DNA from: Protoeuglena noctilucae
Taxonomy: Eukaryota
Length of the DNA stretch: 64,000 bases
NCBI GenBank assembly: GCA_958009085.1
Contig: OY253672.1
Span: 62,001 to 126,000 of the forward strand
Direction: 5' to 3'
Every line of letters starts with the position of its first letter. The first letter of the stretch is position 1. A model generated the notes under the pieces. The model was given only the letters and a program-made list of their open reading frames with translations, did no database searches and was not told the origin of the DNA. Shown here one piece after another: positions 47,901-60,549 of this stretch. The position numbers were made by a program, and so were the translations under genes.

Positions 47901-50215
47901 CTCGCGACGGGACCGGCCCGCCATCAGCGATCCGCGCTTCGACACCATGCGCCTCACCGACATGCGGCGCTGAATGCCGGGGTTCTGCAGGTGGGCTGAC
48001 CAGACGCGCGTCGCACGACAACCATGGGCGCGGACTCGCAGCCGCCCACCAAGCCTCGCTGCCGCCTTGCCTGGGGGTCCTCGACCTCCACCTCGGCCTC
48101 CTCCCACTCAAGCTCGTCCTCAAGCGAGTCCACGCTGGCCTCCGACACGCGCCGGCCCGCGCCCACCACAATGTCGACGTTGCCCTCGACGATGTAGAAC
48201 ATCTCGTTGCCCTCCTCCCCCTCCCGGAACAGGTAGCTGCCCGGCGCGTACTCCCTCTCTTCGAACCCCACGCCCGTGAGCCCGTCCGCGACCAGCGGGC
48301 GGTAGGCGCTTAGCGCCGAGTCCACCTCCTCGGGCGACACCTCGACCGGCTTGAGCAAGCGGGCCGAGATCATGCGCTCGAGCCGACCGCGGCCCGTCAC
48401 CCAGTCGTGGTTGCACACCTGCTCCATCGACAGCCGCGCCGCCGGGTCCTTGGCCAGCATGCCGCGCAGGAGGGACTTGGCCTGCTCCGACAGGGACGTG
48501 CCCTCCGGGAAGGCCAGCTCCTGGTCCATGATGGCGTTGTACGTCGCAAAGACCGTCTTGCCTTGGAAAGGCACCCGGCCGCACAGCAGCGTGTACAGCG
48601 CCACCCCGCATGCCCACAGGTCCGCCCCCCGCGCGCTGAATGGGTCTCCGCGGCACGCCTCGGGGGGCATGAAGGCCGGCGTGCCCAGCGTGCACTGCAG
48701 CATCACGTCGTCCTCCTTGCCCGTGAAGATGGAAGAGCCGAAGTCGATCAGCTTGACTGGGAGGGGGAGGGGGAGGGGGGATACATGCTGCTGTCCGACG
48801 CGGACGGCCCAGGTTCGCCCGCGGCCATCCCCTCACCGCAGCCCGAGGAGGACAGGATGAGGTTGTCCGGCTTGATGTCTCCATGCACGACGTGGTTCAC
48901 GTGCAGGTAGTCCACGGCCTGGGTCCCAACGACGCGGGGGGGGTTAGGCACCCCCGCCAGCCTGCGGGGCTGGAGCGGCCATCGCCTCGGCGGCCCTTGC
49001 CTGGAGGAGCTGCCGGAAGTAGACGCGGCTGGTGACCTCCGAGAGCTTCTCGCGCTCGTCGCTGTGCTGGTACTGCACCGGGCCGCCCTCGATGTGCTGC
49101 ATGACCATGAGCATCCAGGCCGAGTCCTCGGCGTCGATGACCTCGTACACCTTGGCTGTGTGGGGGTGGTCCAGCGCCTTCATTACCGCGATTTCCTGGC
49201 GGAGCGTCGCCGAGAGGTCCGAGGCGCCGGCCATCCGCACGCGCTTGCGGCGGTCCTTGCTGACCATCTTGACCGCCACCAGCCGGTGCGCCTTCATGTC
49301 CATCATGCACAGCTTGACCTTGCCGTAGGAGCCCTCCCCGAGAGACTTGAGCACGATGTACTCGTTGAAGAAGAGGTGCCCATGTGTGTCCTTGGCCCAC
49401 TTGATCTCCGTACGCTCCCGGAACCCCTCCTCGAAGCGCCCCGACGGGAGGGGCGAGTTGCTCGCCGACTCCCCGCCCTCGCCACCCGCTGGACCCAGCG
49501 AGCCCAGCGACGGGTCGCGGGGCGTCCCCGCTGACCCCAGCGACCGCGTGCTCCCCAGGTTCAGCGGCACCGCGCGAGGGGAGGTCAGGGGGGTGGTGAG
49601 CGTCCCGCCGAGGCTCACCGCGTGCTGGCTGCCCCACGTGCGCGACAGCAGCCCGTCCCCCGTCTGAATGCTCCGCAGATGACGGAGCTGCTGCTCGTAC
49701 GTCACGCTCTCCCTGCGCTTGACCGGGCCTGGCCCCGGTTCCACGCCCTCGTCCCCCGCCGCGTCCGCGCCCTCCCACGACGGCCGTCCCGTCGCTTCCA
49801 CTCCCGCCGCCGGGCCCGTGCCGCCGCGGGGCGCCTCGGGCGGCCGCTCGCGGGCACTGCCGTGCAGTCGGCTCGCCTCCCGGTGCGAGGCACGGGACGC
49901 TCGTGACGCCCGCGCCAGCCCCCCGCCCACCTCGCCCCCCGACATGCGCGATTCGTTGGCTGTCGTCGTGCACAGGCGCGCGTCGCCGCCGCTGCTGCCC
50001 CCCGTGCTGAGGTCCTGGTCTGCACCGCGCGCCGTGCTCTTGCCCAGCGAGGCGCCCCCGCCAACCTTTGTCGGCATCGGCGCGCGTCTGGGCGACGTGG
50101 CCGTGTCTTTCGCCGCCCCGAAGCCATGGCGCGACACCCGCATCGGCACCTCCACATCCCCGCTCCGGGTCCCAGCCTCATCGACCACCGCCGCCTTGCT
50201 GAGCCGGCACCCCAT
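44932..50215 (-). CDS. CaMKK/GRIK-like Ser/Thr kinase with a cyclic-nucleotide-binding domain
   Basis: FNEYIVLKSLGEGSYGKVKLC, VAVK, HGDIKPDN, DFG, GTPAFMPPE; cNMP halves LFREGEEGNEMFYIVEGNVDI and GPGEFVGEMAV...RTAS; N-terminal MGCRLSK. 3' end approximate. Confidence 0.88.
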
Positions 50216-50753
50216 GGCACTCAAACCTTTGCTACGCGAGGTGCAGCGCACGGCAAACTTTTGTCGCCGGGGCCTCCAGAGAGGGCGACGCGGACGCCTC
50301 CCGTTCTGCGCAGGGGGGGGGCTTCGGCGGAGTCTCAGCTCGCCGCCAAGCCGCGGGCGGCGAGTGCGAGAGAGACAGACGCCCTAATTGGGGACTGAAG
50401 AAGCGACCGTGAGAGACCAGGAGAGCCGGAAAGCGGCGCAGGGGCGCGTCGCATCCGGGAGGCCCACGCACCGAGCACGCAGCCCCCGGGGGCTGCCGTG
50501 GGGGTTCCCTGGCCGCGCCAGGTTATTGGGTCCCAGAAGCAGCCGCGGCAGGCGTCGAAGGGCGGTGCGGCGGGATCGTCTGCCCAGTGCGACGCCCAGA
50601 AGTGCGCGGCGCCGAAGTCGCAGGGCAACACCGCAGCGAGCCAAATTATGCGGATTACTTTGGCGGCGTCGACGGCCCGCCCTCGCGCGTTGCGCCGAAC
50701 GGGCTCCCGACCCAACTCCGCTCCTCGAAATGCAGCGAAGGTATGACGAGCGC

Positions 50754-51290
50754 TTTTTTTGCCAATGAGAATTCAAAGAGATGACGTCGATGAGGGCACC
50801 CTCAAAACCCTACCCGCCAGAAGGCTACCCCGCTAGCGAGGCAAAAGAAAGAAGGAGGAAGGGAAGAAGAAGAAGATGGCCGCCGAGCTCACTGCGTTGG
50901 AGAGGAAAAACACAGTGTGAGGAAAAACAACCAACGAGCCCCTTAGCCCGGCTCAACAGGAAGACGACGGGGGGGCGGCGGCCTTGGAGGGGGGAAGGGA
51001 GCAAAGAGAGCCTGAGAGACAGAGAGAGCCTTGAAGTAGATGCCAGGTGGAAGGGAAGGATCATAGAGGTCCCGGAGCATAGAGGCCGTGACCGGAGAGC
51101 CGAGGCGGGCGTGGCAGGCAAGGGCAGAGGAGATCCTGTGGCTGGCGTAGGAGACGATGCGCGCGGCCCTGGCCCACGCTGGGGCATCGGGAGGGTCTAG
51201 GAGCAGCATGGGGGGTGCACCTGGGAGCGGATGGCCCGTGCGCCAGTAGCGGCGCGCGGTGATGAGGGCATGGAAAGGGTCGCTCAACAG
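50754..51290 (-). mobile_element. Second, shorter 3' fragment of the same Penelope-like family
   Basis: 51130-51274 closely matches 30886-31028; aaaaccctac is shared near the 3' end; A7 run at 50754-50760. Confidence 0.7.
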
Positions 51291-51561
51291 GGGTCCCGAT
51301 GGACCTCGCTCCGCAGGAAACCGATTCCCCTGCCCAGGTTAGGGTTTTCGCTCTTGCGCCTCGCCCACGTCTCCTCCCCGCACGGCGAGGGCGTCTGAGT
51401 AAACTCTTTACGATTAAGCAGACTGTGCGGATGTGCTGGGCATCCTGGTTCCCCGGTTAAAAGAACTGGCGTGACGAATTCGCGTCGCGACCCCGCGGAG
51501 CGTGCCGGAGCGTGCCGTTTGGGGACTCGAGTGAAGCTGAGACGGGGCAGGTGTTGCCGCC

Positions 51562-53171
51562 ATGCCGGTGTCTGCAGAGCGCGACTCGCGGCACGGAGCG
51601 GCCCGGCCCCGGTCGCGCTCCCCGCAAGTCAGGTGTGCGCGCGCTGGTGGTGCCGTGCGGTGCTCCGCGCAAGTTCGTCGCAGCGGCTCTTACATCTCTG
51701 CGAGCACTGCCATGCTCTCTTCGCGCGCAGGGCACCCGATGGCCCGCGTGGGGACCGGGGGGGCGGGCCAGGCCCCGGGAGGGCCGGCGGGGCCGCGGAC
51801 CGAGGCTTTCCCGAGCGCGAGGTGATTTCCAGCGACAGCATCAACGTCTGCTTGCGCGCCTGCCGCCAGCGCGCCGGAAACTCCACGATTGGTTCCTCCA
51901 ACCGTCTCGCAGTGGGACCGCGGCAAGCCCGGCTCTTGGGCCGCACAGCGAGGTTCTGTGCGAGCCGAAGTCGCGAGCTACATCAACGCAGACGCCGTCC
52001 AGGACTACCCTCGCCTGCGCGCCCGTCCGGACGTGAGCGGGGCGACGGGTGAGCGCCCGGTGTGTCCCTGGGCCAGCACAGACGCCGACGCGCGACCCGC
52101 TGGCTGGGACGCAGGGTTCGTCTGCGAGCGATGACGAGGATTTTCGGGAAGCAGGGGACCGCGCCGAATATCGCCGCCGGAAGCGGCTGTCCCTGGCGGC
52201 CCGGGGTCGCCGGAGCCTCTGGCGCAACACTCCCACCCCCGAGCGGGGGACGCGCGCGTGGGAGGAAATCGAGGAAGACAATCAGCGGGACTACGAGACC
52301 CTCGAGCTCGGGTGGGTGCCGCTTGGCGACTGCCCCGCCTGCGAGGCGCCTTGGCGTGCAAGGCACCCCTGCGATCGGCGTCCGGCCCACGCCCTCGCCA
52401 GGGACGACGCCGAGAAGTACGGCGGAGAGGGCAGCGACGCGGGTACGGAAGTGGCGTCTGTGTGCTCTGCTGACGTCGAGGAGGCAGCGCTGCTGGGGGA
52501 GTTCCTGCGCGAGTACAGGTGCCGGGCCCGCCCCACGTCCCCGCGAGGCAGGCGCCGGGTGGAAGCGCCGCCGCGGCTCCGGCGGCGGGAGGGCTGGTCG
52601 GCCTTTCGCGCAGGGACGCGATGGCCCGCGACGAGGAGGAGCGCCGGAGGCGGGAGGAGGAGGACAAGGACGTGGGGCCAGCACCACCACCGGAGGGGAC
52701 GGGCGAGGACCCGGCGCTTGGGGCGGCGTCGTACGGCGGCAGACTGCGGTGCGGGCCACGGCAGGGGCCGTGCAACCCTCGGGGGCCCGCGCGACCTTTG
52801 GGCAGCCGAGCACTACCCTCGCGGCGTGCCGCACCCGCAGGCCGGGAGAAGGGGAGGCGATGGCGCGGTTTTTGCAGGCGGGGCAGCGTATCCCGCGCCG
52901 CGGGGAGATCGGCCTCACTGCGGAGCGCATCGCGCGGTTTGAGGAGGCGGGGTACGTGATGAGCGGCAACCGCCACAAGCGCATGGAGGCCGTTCGGATC
53001 CGGAAGGAGAACCAGGTTTACACGGCCGAGGAGCGCGCGGCCCTGGCGCTCCTGAACTACGAGGAGAAGAAGGCCAAGGAGGACAAGGTCATGGCCGAGA
53101 TGAAGCGCCTCGTGGAGCAGACGCTGGCTGGGAAGGATGGCACGGATGCTGCCCAGAAGTTCAATGCCTAG
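51562..53171 (+). CDS. NKAP: NKAP-like protein (C-terminal SynMuv/DUF926 domain), start uncertain
   Basis: [32 protein letters not shown]...[28 protein letters not shown]. Confidence 0.88.
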
Positions 53172-53265
53172 CGGGGCCCCGCCGCTGGGGCGGGGTCGCT
53201 GAGTGGCGCGCCGCCTGCCGGCGTCCTACTTCTTGAAGCTGAGGGCTCAAGGCGCTGCCAGCGTC

Positions 53266-56200
53266 TCAGTCGCAGAAGAGGAGCAGGTCGCCGTCGGCAC
53301 CGGCCGTCAGCACCCACGGTTGCTTGGGGTGGAACCGGCAGGCCTGGACTCCGTGTCCCCGCGTCTCCTTGTGCGCGCGGAGGACGCGGACCGGCACGAC
53401 CAGCGGGTTGGTCATGAGGTCGGCGTACACCATCCCGTGCAGGACGTGGCAGGTGCCGTCGTCCGAGGCCGTGGCGAGGAGTGGGTGGCGCGGGTGGAAG
53501 GCGACGGAGGTGACAGGGAGGGTGTGGTGGCGCAGGGAGCGATAGGGGCTGGCGGAGAGGTCAAGGTCGAACCAGCAGACGCGACCGTCCGTCACGCCGA
53601 CGGCCAGGTGGTCTCCCGAGGGGTGCACGTCCATGGAAAGCACGTGGCCCGCCCCGCCCAGCATGAGCTTCTTGGCCAGGCCCTGCGGAGAAGGCAGCGC
53701 GGGGTCCCAGGCGGCGTGCCCCCGGCATGGAGCAAGGCGGCGGAGCAGAGGCGCCCGCGCGGCACCTGCGACGTGAGGTTGTACACGCGGACGTGGCGGT
53801 CAGTCGCGACGAAGAGGAAGGGCTTGCTGGGGTGGAACAGCGCGGCGCGGACGACCCCACGGTTCTTCCGAAAGGGGCACTGCGACGCTCCCTTGGGCAG
53901 GTGGTGCACGACGACACTCCGCGACAGGCCCCCCGGGCACACGGACAGCAGGTAGGCTCCCCGCGCATGCCAAGACACGTGCGACACCTCCGCCTGGTGG
54001 TCGATGCGAACGCCGCCCGTCGACGCGCACGGGCGCCACGTGGCCCCTGCGCCTCCCTCGCCGCCGCCGGGGGTGTCGCGCACAGCCGCGAGGGCTGCAG
54101 AAATCGCGTCTGCGTCCGCCCCCGGTGGCGTAAACCCTCGCACCGTCGCGCAAAAGACGCGCACTGCGCACCCCGCGGCCACCGCCAGCACCGGCCCCTC
54201 CGCCCCGGCGGGTCGAAAGGCAAGGCCGGCGATGGGGGCGTCCAGATCCCACGTCGCGAGGCATCTCCCAGTGCCGCACTCCCACAGGCGCACTGCAGGC
54301 GTGGCCAGGGAAGGGCGGGGCATGGACTTCAAAACAGTAACGGCTCTCCCCCTCCGTCGCCACGCTCGCCGCGGGTTCTGCAACATCAGGGGCCCTCGCC
54401 TGTCCCGCCCACGTCGCCGGAGGCCACGAGGTGGCCCGAGGGGTCACAGTCCACGCATGCGACTGCCGAGGTGTGCCCCCGGAAGCGGATGCAGAGGAAT
54501 TTGGGGAAGGGTTCCAAGTCGCTGGGGCTCGGCAACTTGGGCTTCAGCACCTGCGCACGGCGCGGGCGCAGGGGGGCGGTTTGGCGGCACTGGCGTGCCA
54601 GCATTGGTGTGCCGGCGCTCCAACAGGACGCTGCCCGAACCTCGGGATCGATGTGGAACCTGCGCCGCCGCACGCGAGGGCACAGGTAGAGGTCGAGGCA
54701 GCGCTCGAAGCGCTCGCGGATGAACCGGGCGTACGACGGAACTTGGCGGTAGGAGCCAAACGTCTGGGGCTTGAGCGCGGCCTCCTGCGGGTGAGTGCGG
54801 GACCCCTGCGGTGCCCACCGGTCCTCGGCGCGCGGGGAGCGGCGCGCGGCTGGCGGCGCACCTCGTCGCCCGCCGACGTCCCTGGCTCCTCCAACCCCAC
54901 GTACTCGGGTGGGGGCCTGCGGAGGGCATATCGGGCGCCGTGTCCAGCGTCGTGGGCGCGGGCTTGAGGAACACGAAGGCAGAGCACCCCGCCCCCGCAC
55001 CTGTAGCTCTCCTCGTGGCCAGGAAGCTTGGGCTTGGGTGCGGGGATGTATGTCAGCCCCGAGGACGTCTTGGCCGTCGCCTGATGGTCATCCCCCCACA
55101 TCAGGTAGACCTCGTCTACCTGCGAGCGCCACGCGCACGCGCAGGACTCCCCCACGAGCCGCCCGCACCCCGCACAAGCGGCACGCGCCCCAGCGCCGCC
55201 ATCGCCCCCACCTGGTCTTGCTCTTTTCTCCGCAGCCATCCCCGCCGCAGCGCCCGCACGAGCTTAACGACCTTCTTGGCCTCCCATTTAGAGGGCACGA
55301 AGCGGCTCTTGGGCTCGGGCGCGTCTCGGAGAGGCGTGGGCATCACGTCCGACGAGAACCAGTCGCTGTACTCCTCGAACGGATTCACCTCCACGTGCGG
55401 GAAGCGGCCCTGCCTGCGCGAACGAGCCGCAGCGCAAACTTCGACGCGGTCTGCCGCCCGTGCGCCTAGGAGCCGCAGCCCATGCCCCCGCCCCGCACCG
55501 GATGCGCATGATCATGCGCACTTCCTCCCCCGTCAGCGTGATCTCCTCCCCGTTGTACGGATCATACAACGTCCGCCAAGACTTGCCGCCCTCCGAGCGT
55601 TTGATGAGCTCATCCAGTGCGTCCCCACCGCCGGGGCCCTGGGGGCGCGGGGGGTGCGGCGGTGCCGTCTCGCAGAGGGAGGTCCCTCTGCAACGCACCT
55701 GCGCCTCGTCGCGAGCGCCCACGCGGCACCGGCACCCCAGCGAGCCCACGCGCGTACCTTGCCGATGGCCCGGCCCTCGCGGTCGTACCCCAGGTGGTCC
55801 TCGTGGCGGTACCACTCCAGCGGGACGTTGCCGACCGTGTTCCGGTCATCGTCCTCGGAAGAGTCGGACTCGCTCTCCACGTGCGCGTAAGGCTCCGGCG
55901 GCGCCAGCCGGGGGGCCCCCGCGTCCCGGGCCCCCATTTCCCGCGGGGTGGGCCCCTCCCCCCGCTCCAGCCGCTCCAGCGCGCGCACATATCCCTCTAC
56001 AGCGGCTTCCACGTCGCTATCACTGCGGGGGCTCGGGGCGGGGGTGTGCGGCAGCCCTAGAGGCGCGCGGCTGGAACTCGGGCCTGTGTTCGCCCCGACC
56101 CACCTGAGGTCGGGGTGCGTGGTGTCCCCAACAGTCAGATCCTCTTCCGACTCGCTGCCCCCGAAAGCCCCTCCGGCGTCTCTGGCTTCCGCCGCCGCGG

Positions 56201-56394
56201 CCGCCTCCGGGTCTGCAGGGCCGGCCGGCCGGGGTAACCCCCGCCGCTTCGCCTGACCTGCGGAACACGCGTCCAGGCCCGCGATGCGAGACACACTCGA
56301 CGCGGGGTCGCACGCGCCGGTCCCCCGCCGCTCCCCGCCCCCGGGCAACGTCCCCACGGCGTGCGCCCACGCTAGCCGGCCGGCACCCACCCAT
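53266..56394 (-). CDS. BOP1: Ribosome biogenesis protein BOP1/ERB1
   Basis: RNTVGNVPLEWYRHEDHLGYD, EPKSRFVPSKWEAKKV, LPGHEESY, FIRERFERCLDLYLCPR, C-terminal WD repeats (FHPKQPWVLTAGADG). Confidence 0.95.
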
Positions 56395-56929
56395 GGATCT
56401 CCACGCCCACGCTGCGGTCCCGTGCCTCCCTTCCTCCACGGCCCCACTCGACCCCGGCCTCGGATTGCGAAGTTGTTGCCGCGCAATGGGTTCGGCACGT
56501 CGCGGAGCCCAGTTGCGACCACCGGCGCGACTGCGGGGACGGCTGCGTTCCGCGACGACCGAGCACACGGAAACTGCTGCGTCGGGACGCAAGAGAGGCC
56601 CGTCTCTGGCCGTCTGCAGGCTCGTGCTGCACGCCTCGTCAGGCACGCGGGCCAAAAAGGGTACTTTCCAGGCCCGACACGGGCACGCGGCCCAACTCGT
56701 CTTGTTCCGGCAGCCGCTCCCGTCCATCCCCGGCAAGAAAAACGCTCCCGAGCCGCGGTTTGTCAGCCCTCGACCCGCGCCGACGCCCCGCGCCCGCCCC
56801 GACGGAACTTGTGTAGTTTTCGCGAGATAGCCGGCTCGGACGAGGGCTCGAGGTGCTTCATTCCGCCCGTTGTTGGGAAGTTCCGCGGTTGAGGCCGAGC
56901 GGCCGGCAGCGGCGTAGCAAGGGGTCCCC

Positions 56930-57947
56930 ATGCCGCTCATCTACGCGATGGTCAAGCAGGAGGGGGCGGACGCGGTGCTGGGTGAGCTCCCGGCGCCTGG
57001 CTCGGGCGGGCGGCCCCCCCCCACCGGGCGGTTTGGTCGCGTGGCTGGCCCGGCGCCGGCCCGGCCCTGTGCGGCTAGCTTCCCACCCCGGCGGTCGGCA
57101 GCAAGCGCGAGGTGCCGGTCGTGGCGAAACGCGCCGTCCCTGGCGCTCGCAGTGGACTACACGGCGTACAGCGGGAACTTCATTCAGATTGCGCTCAAGT
57201 GCTCCGCCCAGCTGCCCAAGGTCGAACGGCACACGTTCACGGTGGACAGGCACTGCTTCAACTACGAGCGCGGTGGCCCCTACATCTTCTGCGTCGTGGC
57301 TGACCAAGACTACGGGCGCTCGGTGCCCTTCGCGTGCCTCCAGCGCGTCAAGGAGGACTTCATCGGGCGGTATGGGACGTCCGGGACCAACCTCGACCGC
57401 GTGCAGGAGTTCCAGGGCAGGCTGAGGTGCGGGGACGGGGCGGGGCGGGCCACGTCGAGGGGGGGCGAGCGCGGGGAGCGCCTGAGCCTCCCACACGCTC
57501 CTTTGGCCCGCGCAGGGAGCACATGAACTGGTGCATGATGAACCCCGGCCAGTTCGACAAGGTCGCGGAGGTGCAGCGCAAGGTGGACGACGTGAAGAAC
57601 GTCATGGTGCAGAACATTGAGCAGGTCCTTGCGCGGGGCGAGAGGATCGAGGACCTCGTCGACAAGACGGACCAGCTGCGATTCCAGGCCGAGGTGAGCG
57701 GTGGGGGGAGGTGGGGGGAGGCATGTCGCACGTTTCCGTGGGTCGCGGGGGAGCTACGAGCTGCGGCCGCGAAGGGCGTCGCCTTGCCCGTCTCGCCGCG
57801 CAGACTTTCCAGAAGCAGAGCAGAACGGTGCGGAGGAACCTGGCATGGCAAAACTTGAAGATGAAGCTCATCGTAGTGAGCCTGGTTCTCGTCGTGTTGC
57901 TGGTCATCATCCTCATCGCCTGCGGCACGCTGGGCTGCTTCCGCTGA
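56930..57947 (+). CDS. VAMP72: Longin R-SNARE, VAMP72 family
   Basis: LIYAMV...[51 protein letters not shown]-terminal TM helix. Confidence 0.93.
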
Positions 57948-58086
57948 CCGGGCGGCTCGCGCGGGCGGCCGCCCCCCGCTCCCCTTTCCTCGTCCCCCCC
58001 GCTCCCGTGCGGGCTTGCCCAACGAACCAGTTGAATTCTCAGTGACGCTTCAACAGGGGCGAGGGGCGGGCCGTCCCGCGGCTTGC

Positions 58087-59209
58087 CTAAGCGACCACGC
58101 CCTTCTCCATGCCCTTGGCCGGCAGCGGCTCCTCCTCCTTGGGCTCGATGATCTTGACCTGGTCGGGCAGGGGCTTGCGCGGGCCGTTCCTCCCCGTCGG
58201 GTCGTAGTCCTTCATGATGCGCACCGTGATCCCCAGCATGCCCTGGCGCATCAGCACGTTGCGCGTCGCGGACTCGATGAAGTCCACCTGCGGCGAGGCG
58301 GCCCGAGGGAGGACAGGTCGCTGGCCGCAGGGCAGCGGCCGGCCGGCCCACGCTCCCAGGCTGCCCGGCGCGCGCCTTGGGGTGGCCCGTCGAGATCATG
58401 TATCCGTCCTTGAACTTCATGGCCTTGGCGCGCTGGGCCCGGAGCTTGCCCGCGATGACGACCTCCGCCCCCTTGGCCCCCGACTCCATGACGAACCGCA
58501 GGACCCCGTAGGCGGCGCGGCGGACGGCCAGGCCCCCCAGCAGCTTGTACCGCAGCGACTCGCACTGAGCGATCGCGCAGAGGCCGCGGTTGCCCACGCG
58601 CTCCGCGTACAGGTCGACCTGGCCCGGCTGGAAGTTGAAGCGCTTCTGCACCACGGCCGTCAGCTCGCGGATCCGCCGGCCCTTCTCGCCCAGGACGTTC
58701 TGGGTCCGAGTGGCCCGGATGATGATCTGCGGGGGGCCCGCGTCGATGGGTGAACCGCCTGCGGCCGCGCCGCCGCTCCGGGTTGCGCACCGCCCCCTCA
58801 CCTCCGTCCGCAGGGGGTTCTTGCGGACCTCCACCCCCGCGTAGCCATCCTCCGCCAGCTCCCGCGTCAGCAGCTCATTGAGCTCGGCGTAGAAGACGCC
58901 GTCCGCCACGAACTGCGGGGGCGCGCGAGGAGGGCCGGGCTCAAGCCCCATCGCGACGGCAGGAGCGACGCAGCGAAAGAGATTCGTGTGGCCGACGCCG
59001 TGCCGCGTCGGCCCGCGGTGCGGGCGCGGCGGGGGTCGGGCAGCCGACCCCCCCTGCCGAGCGGCCTGAGGTGGACGCGCAAGGGGCGTGCGGTGCCCCC
59101 GCGAGACCCGAGTCGAACCGACGGGCGGCAGGGTTGCAGCAGGCCCCGCGGTCGCCCCCGTCCCGGCCCGAAAACCCACCTTCCTCTTCTTAGAGATCCG
59201 CGCCGACAT
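58087..59209 (-). CDS. RPS3: 40S ribosomal protein S3 (uS3)
   Basis: [66 protein letters not shown]. Confidence 0.98.
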
Positions 59210-59486
59210 GCTCGCGCCCGCCCAAGCAATCCACCAAGGAAAAGGGGGTGGGCGGCGGCACGGGGGACGCCGAGAGTCGCGAGGGGGGGCCGAAGCAGTC
59301 CACTGGCTGTTTCTGGCGTCTTTCAAGGCGTCTAGCGGCGCCCTGTCCCTGCGCCACGGCCTGTTCCGGGCGCATCGAAGGACAGATAGACGGGGCGGGC
59401 CATTCGTCCGTCCGTAGGCCCTGGAATACGGGCTGTTCCCGCTGCGCAGGGCGTCCCGGGCGTACCACGCGGGGATCCCGAGGCAG

Positions 59487-60487
59487 ATGGCGTCGTCTTT
59501 GCTTGCGTCGTCTCTAGATACGACGAGGCTCTACAGCGAGGTGATTCCCGGCATTAGACGGTCGCTCCTGGACGAGCTCAGCCGGGCCCCGAGGCCGTTT
59601 GGCCCGACGCTGTGGGCGTCGCGTCGCAGGTGATCAAGGACGTGGTGGAGAAGGTCCGGAATCACTTCGTCAACGCGGGGGTCGATGAATCGGTGCTCCA
59701 CGAGCTGCGCTCCGAGTGGGAGCAGGAGCTCCACACCATGGGGTGAGGGGCCAGGCAGCTCCCCGCCCCGGGCCGCGCCGGCCGGCGAGGGGGAGGGCCG
59801 CGCTGACCCGAGAGGGCGACTCGCGCCACGGCGTGCAGGGCGCTAGGCGTGGGCGGGGACGAGGCGGCCGCGGAAGTGCACCCGCCCCTGGCCAAGAGGG
59901 CGCGGCATGCAGAGAAGCAGGCGGACGACGGGGGGGGGGACCTGGACGCGGAGTTGGAGGCTGAGCTGGCGGCACCAGGGCGCTCGGCCCCCGACATCCG
60001 GGCGAAAGAGGCGGGTGCAGCCCTTGCGCGTGTGCCGGTGCGAGGGCGGGCCGTCCCACCCGCCGATGTGCGCTGTGGCCGTCGGTTCCCCGCAGGCCGC
60101 CGGAGTGGGCGCGGGGGGCGGCGAGGCCGCCGCTCAGGAGGACCCCGGCCCCGCAGGTGAGGCGGGAGGCGACGGGGACGACAGCGAGGGGGGCCTCAGC
60201 GAGGTGGAGCTGAACCAGGAGGCGGATTGGCCCGCCGAGGAGGTGCACGATTTCCTGGTGGCGTCAGCGACCGAGGTCAAGCGCCCGAGGTCCAAGACGA
60301 AGAAGTTCCAGGTGACCTGAGGGGGGCTCCTGCGCGTTCGCCAGGAGAGTTGCCCTGCTCGCGAGCTGGCAACGTCCCACCCCCTGCTGCCCCGCCCGAG
60401 CAGGTGGAAATGGTGCGTGGCTTCCTGCGCCTCGGCCACCGCGACTTCTTTTTCGCCAAGGGGCGCGCGCAGCTCGACTGGTTGTAA
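59487..60487 (+). CDS. Transcription initiation factor IIA large subunit (alpha/beta)-like
   Basis: N-terminal [35 protein letters not shown], acidic linker, C-terminal [21 protein letters not shown]. Confidence 0.8.
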
Positions 60488-60549
60488 CTAGGGCTGGAGC
60501 AGTGTCGCCGCTGCTTTTGAAAACTCTGGCAGCTCGCAGACAAAGCGTC

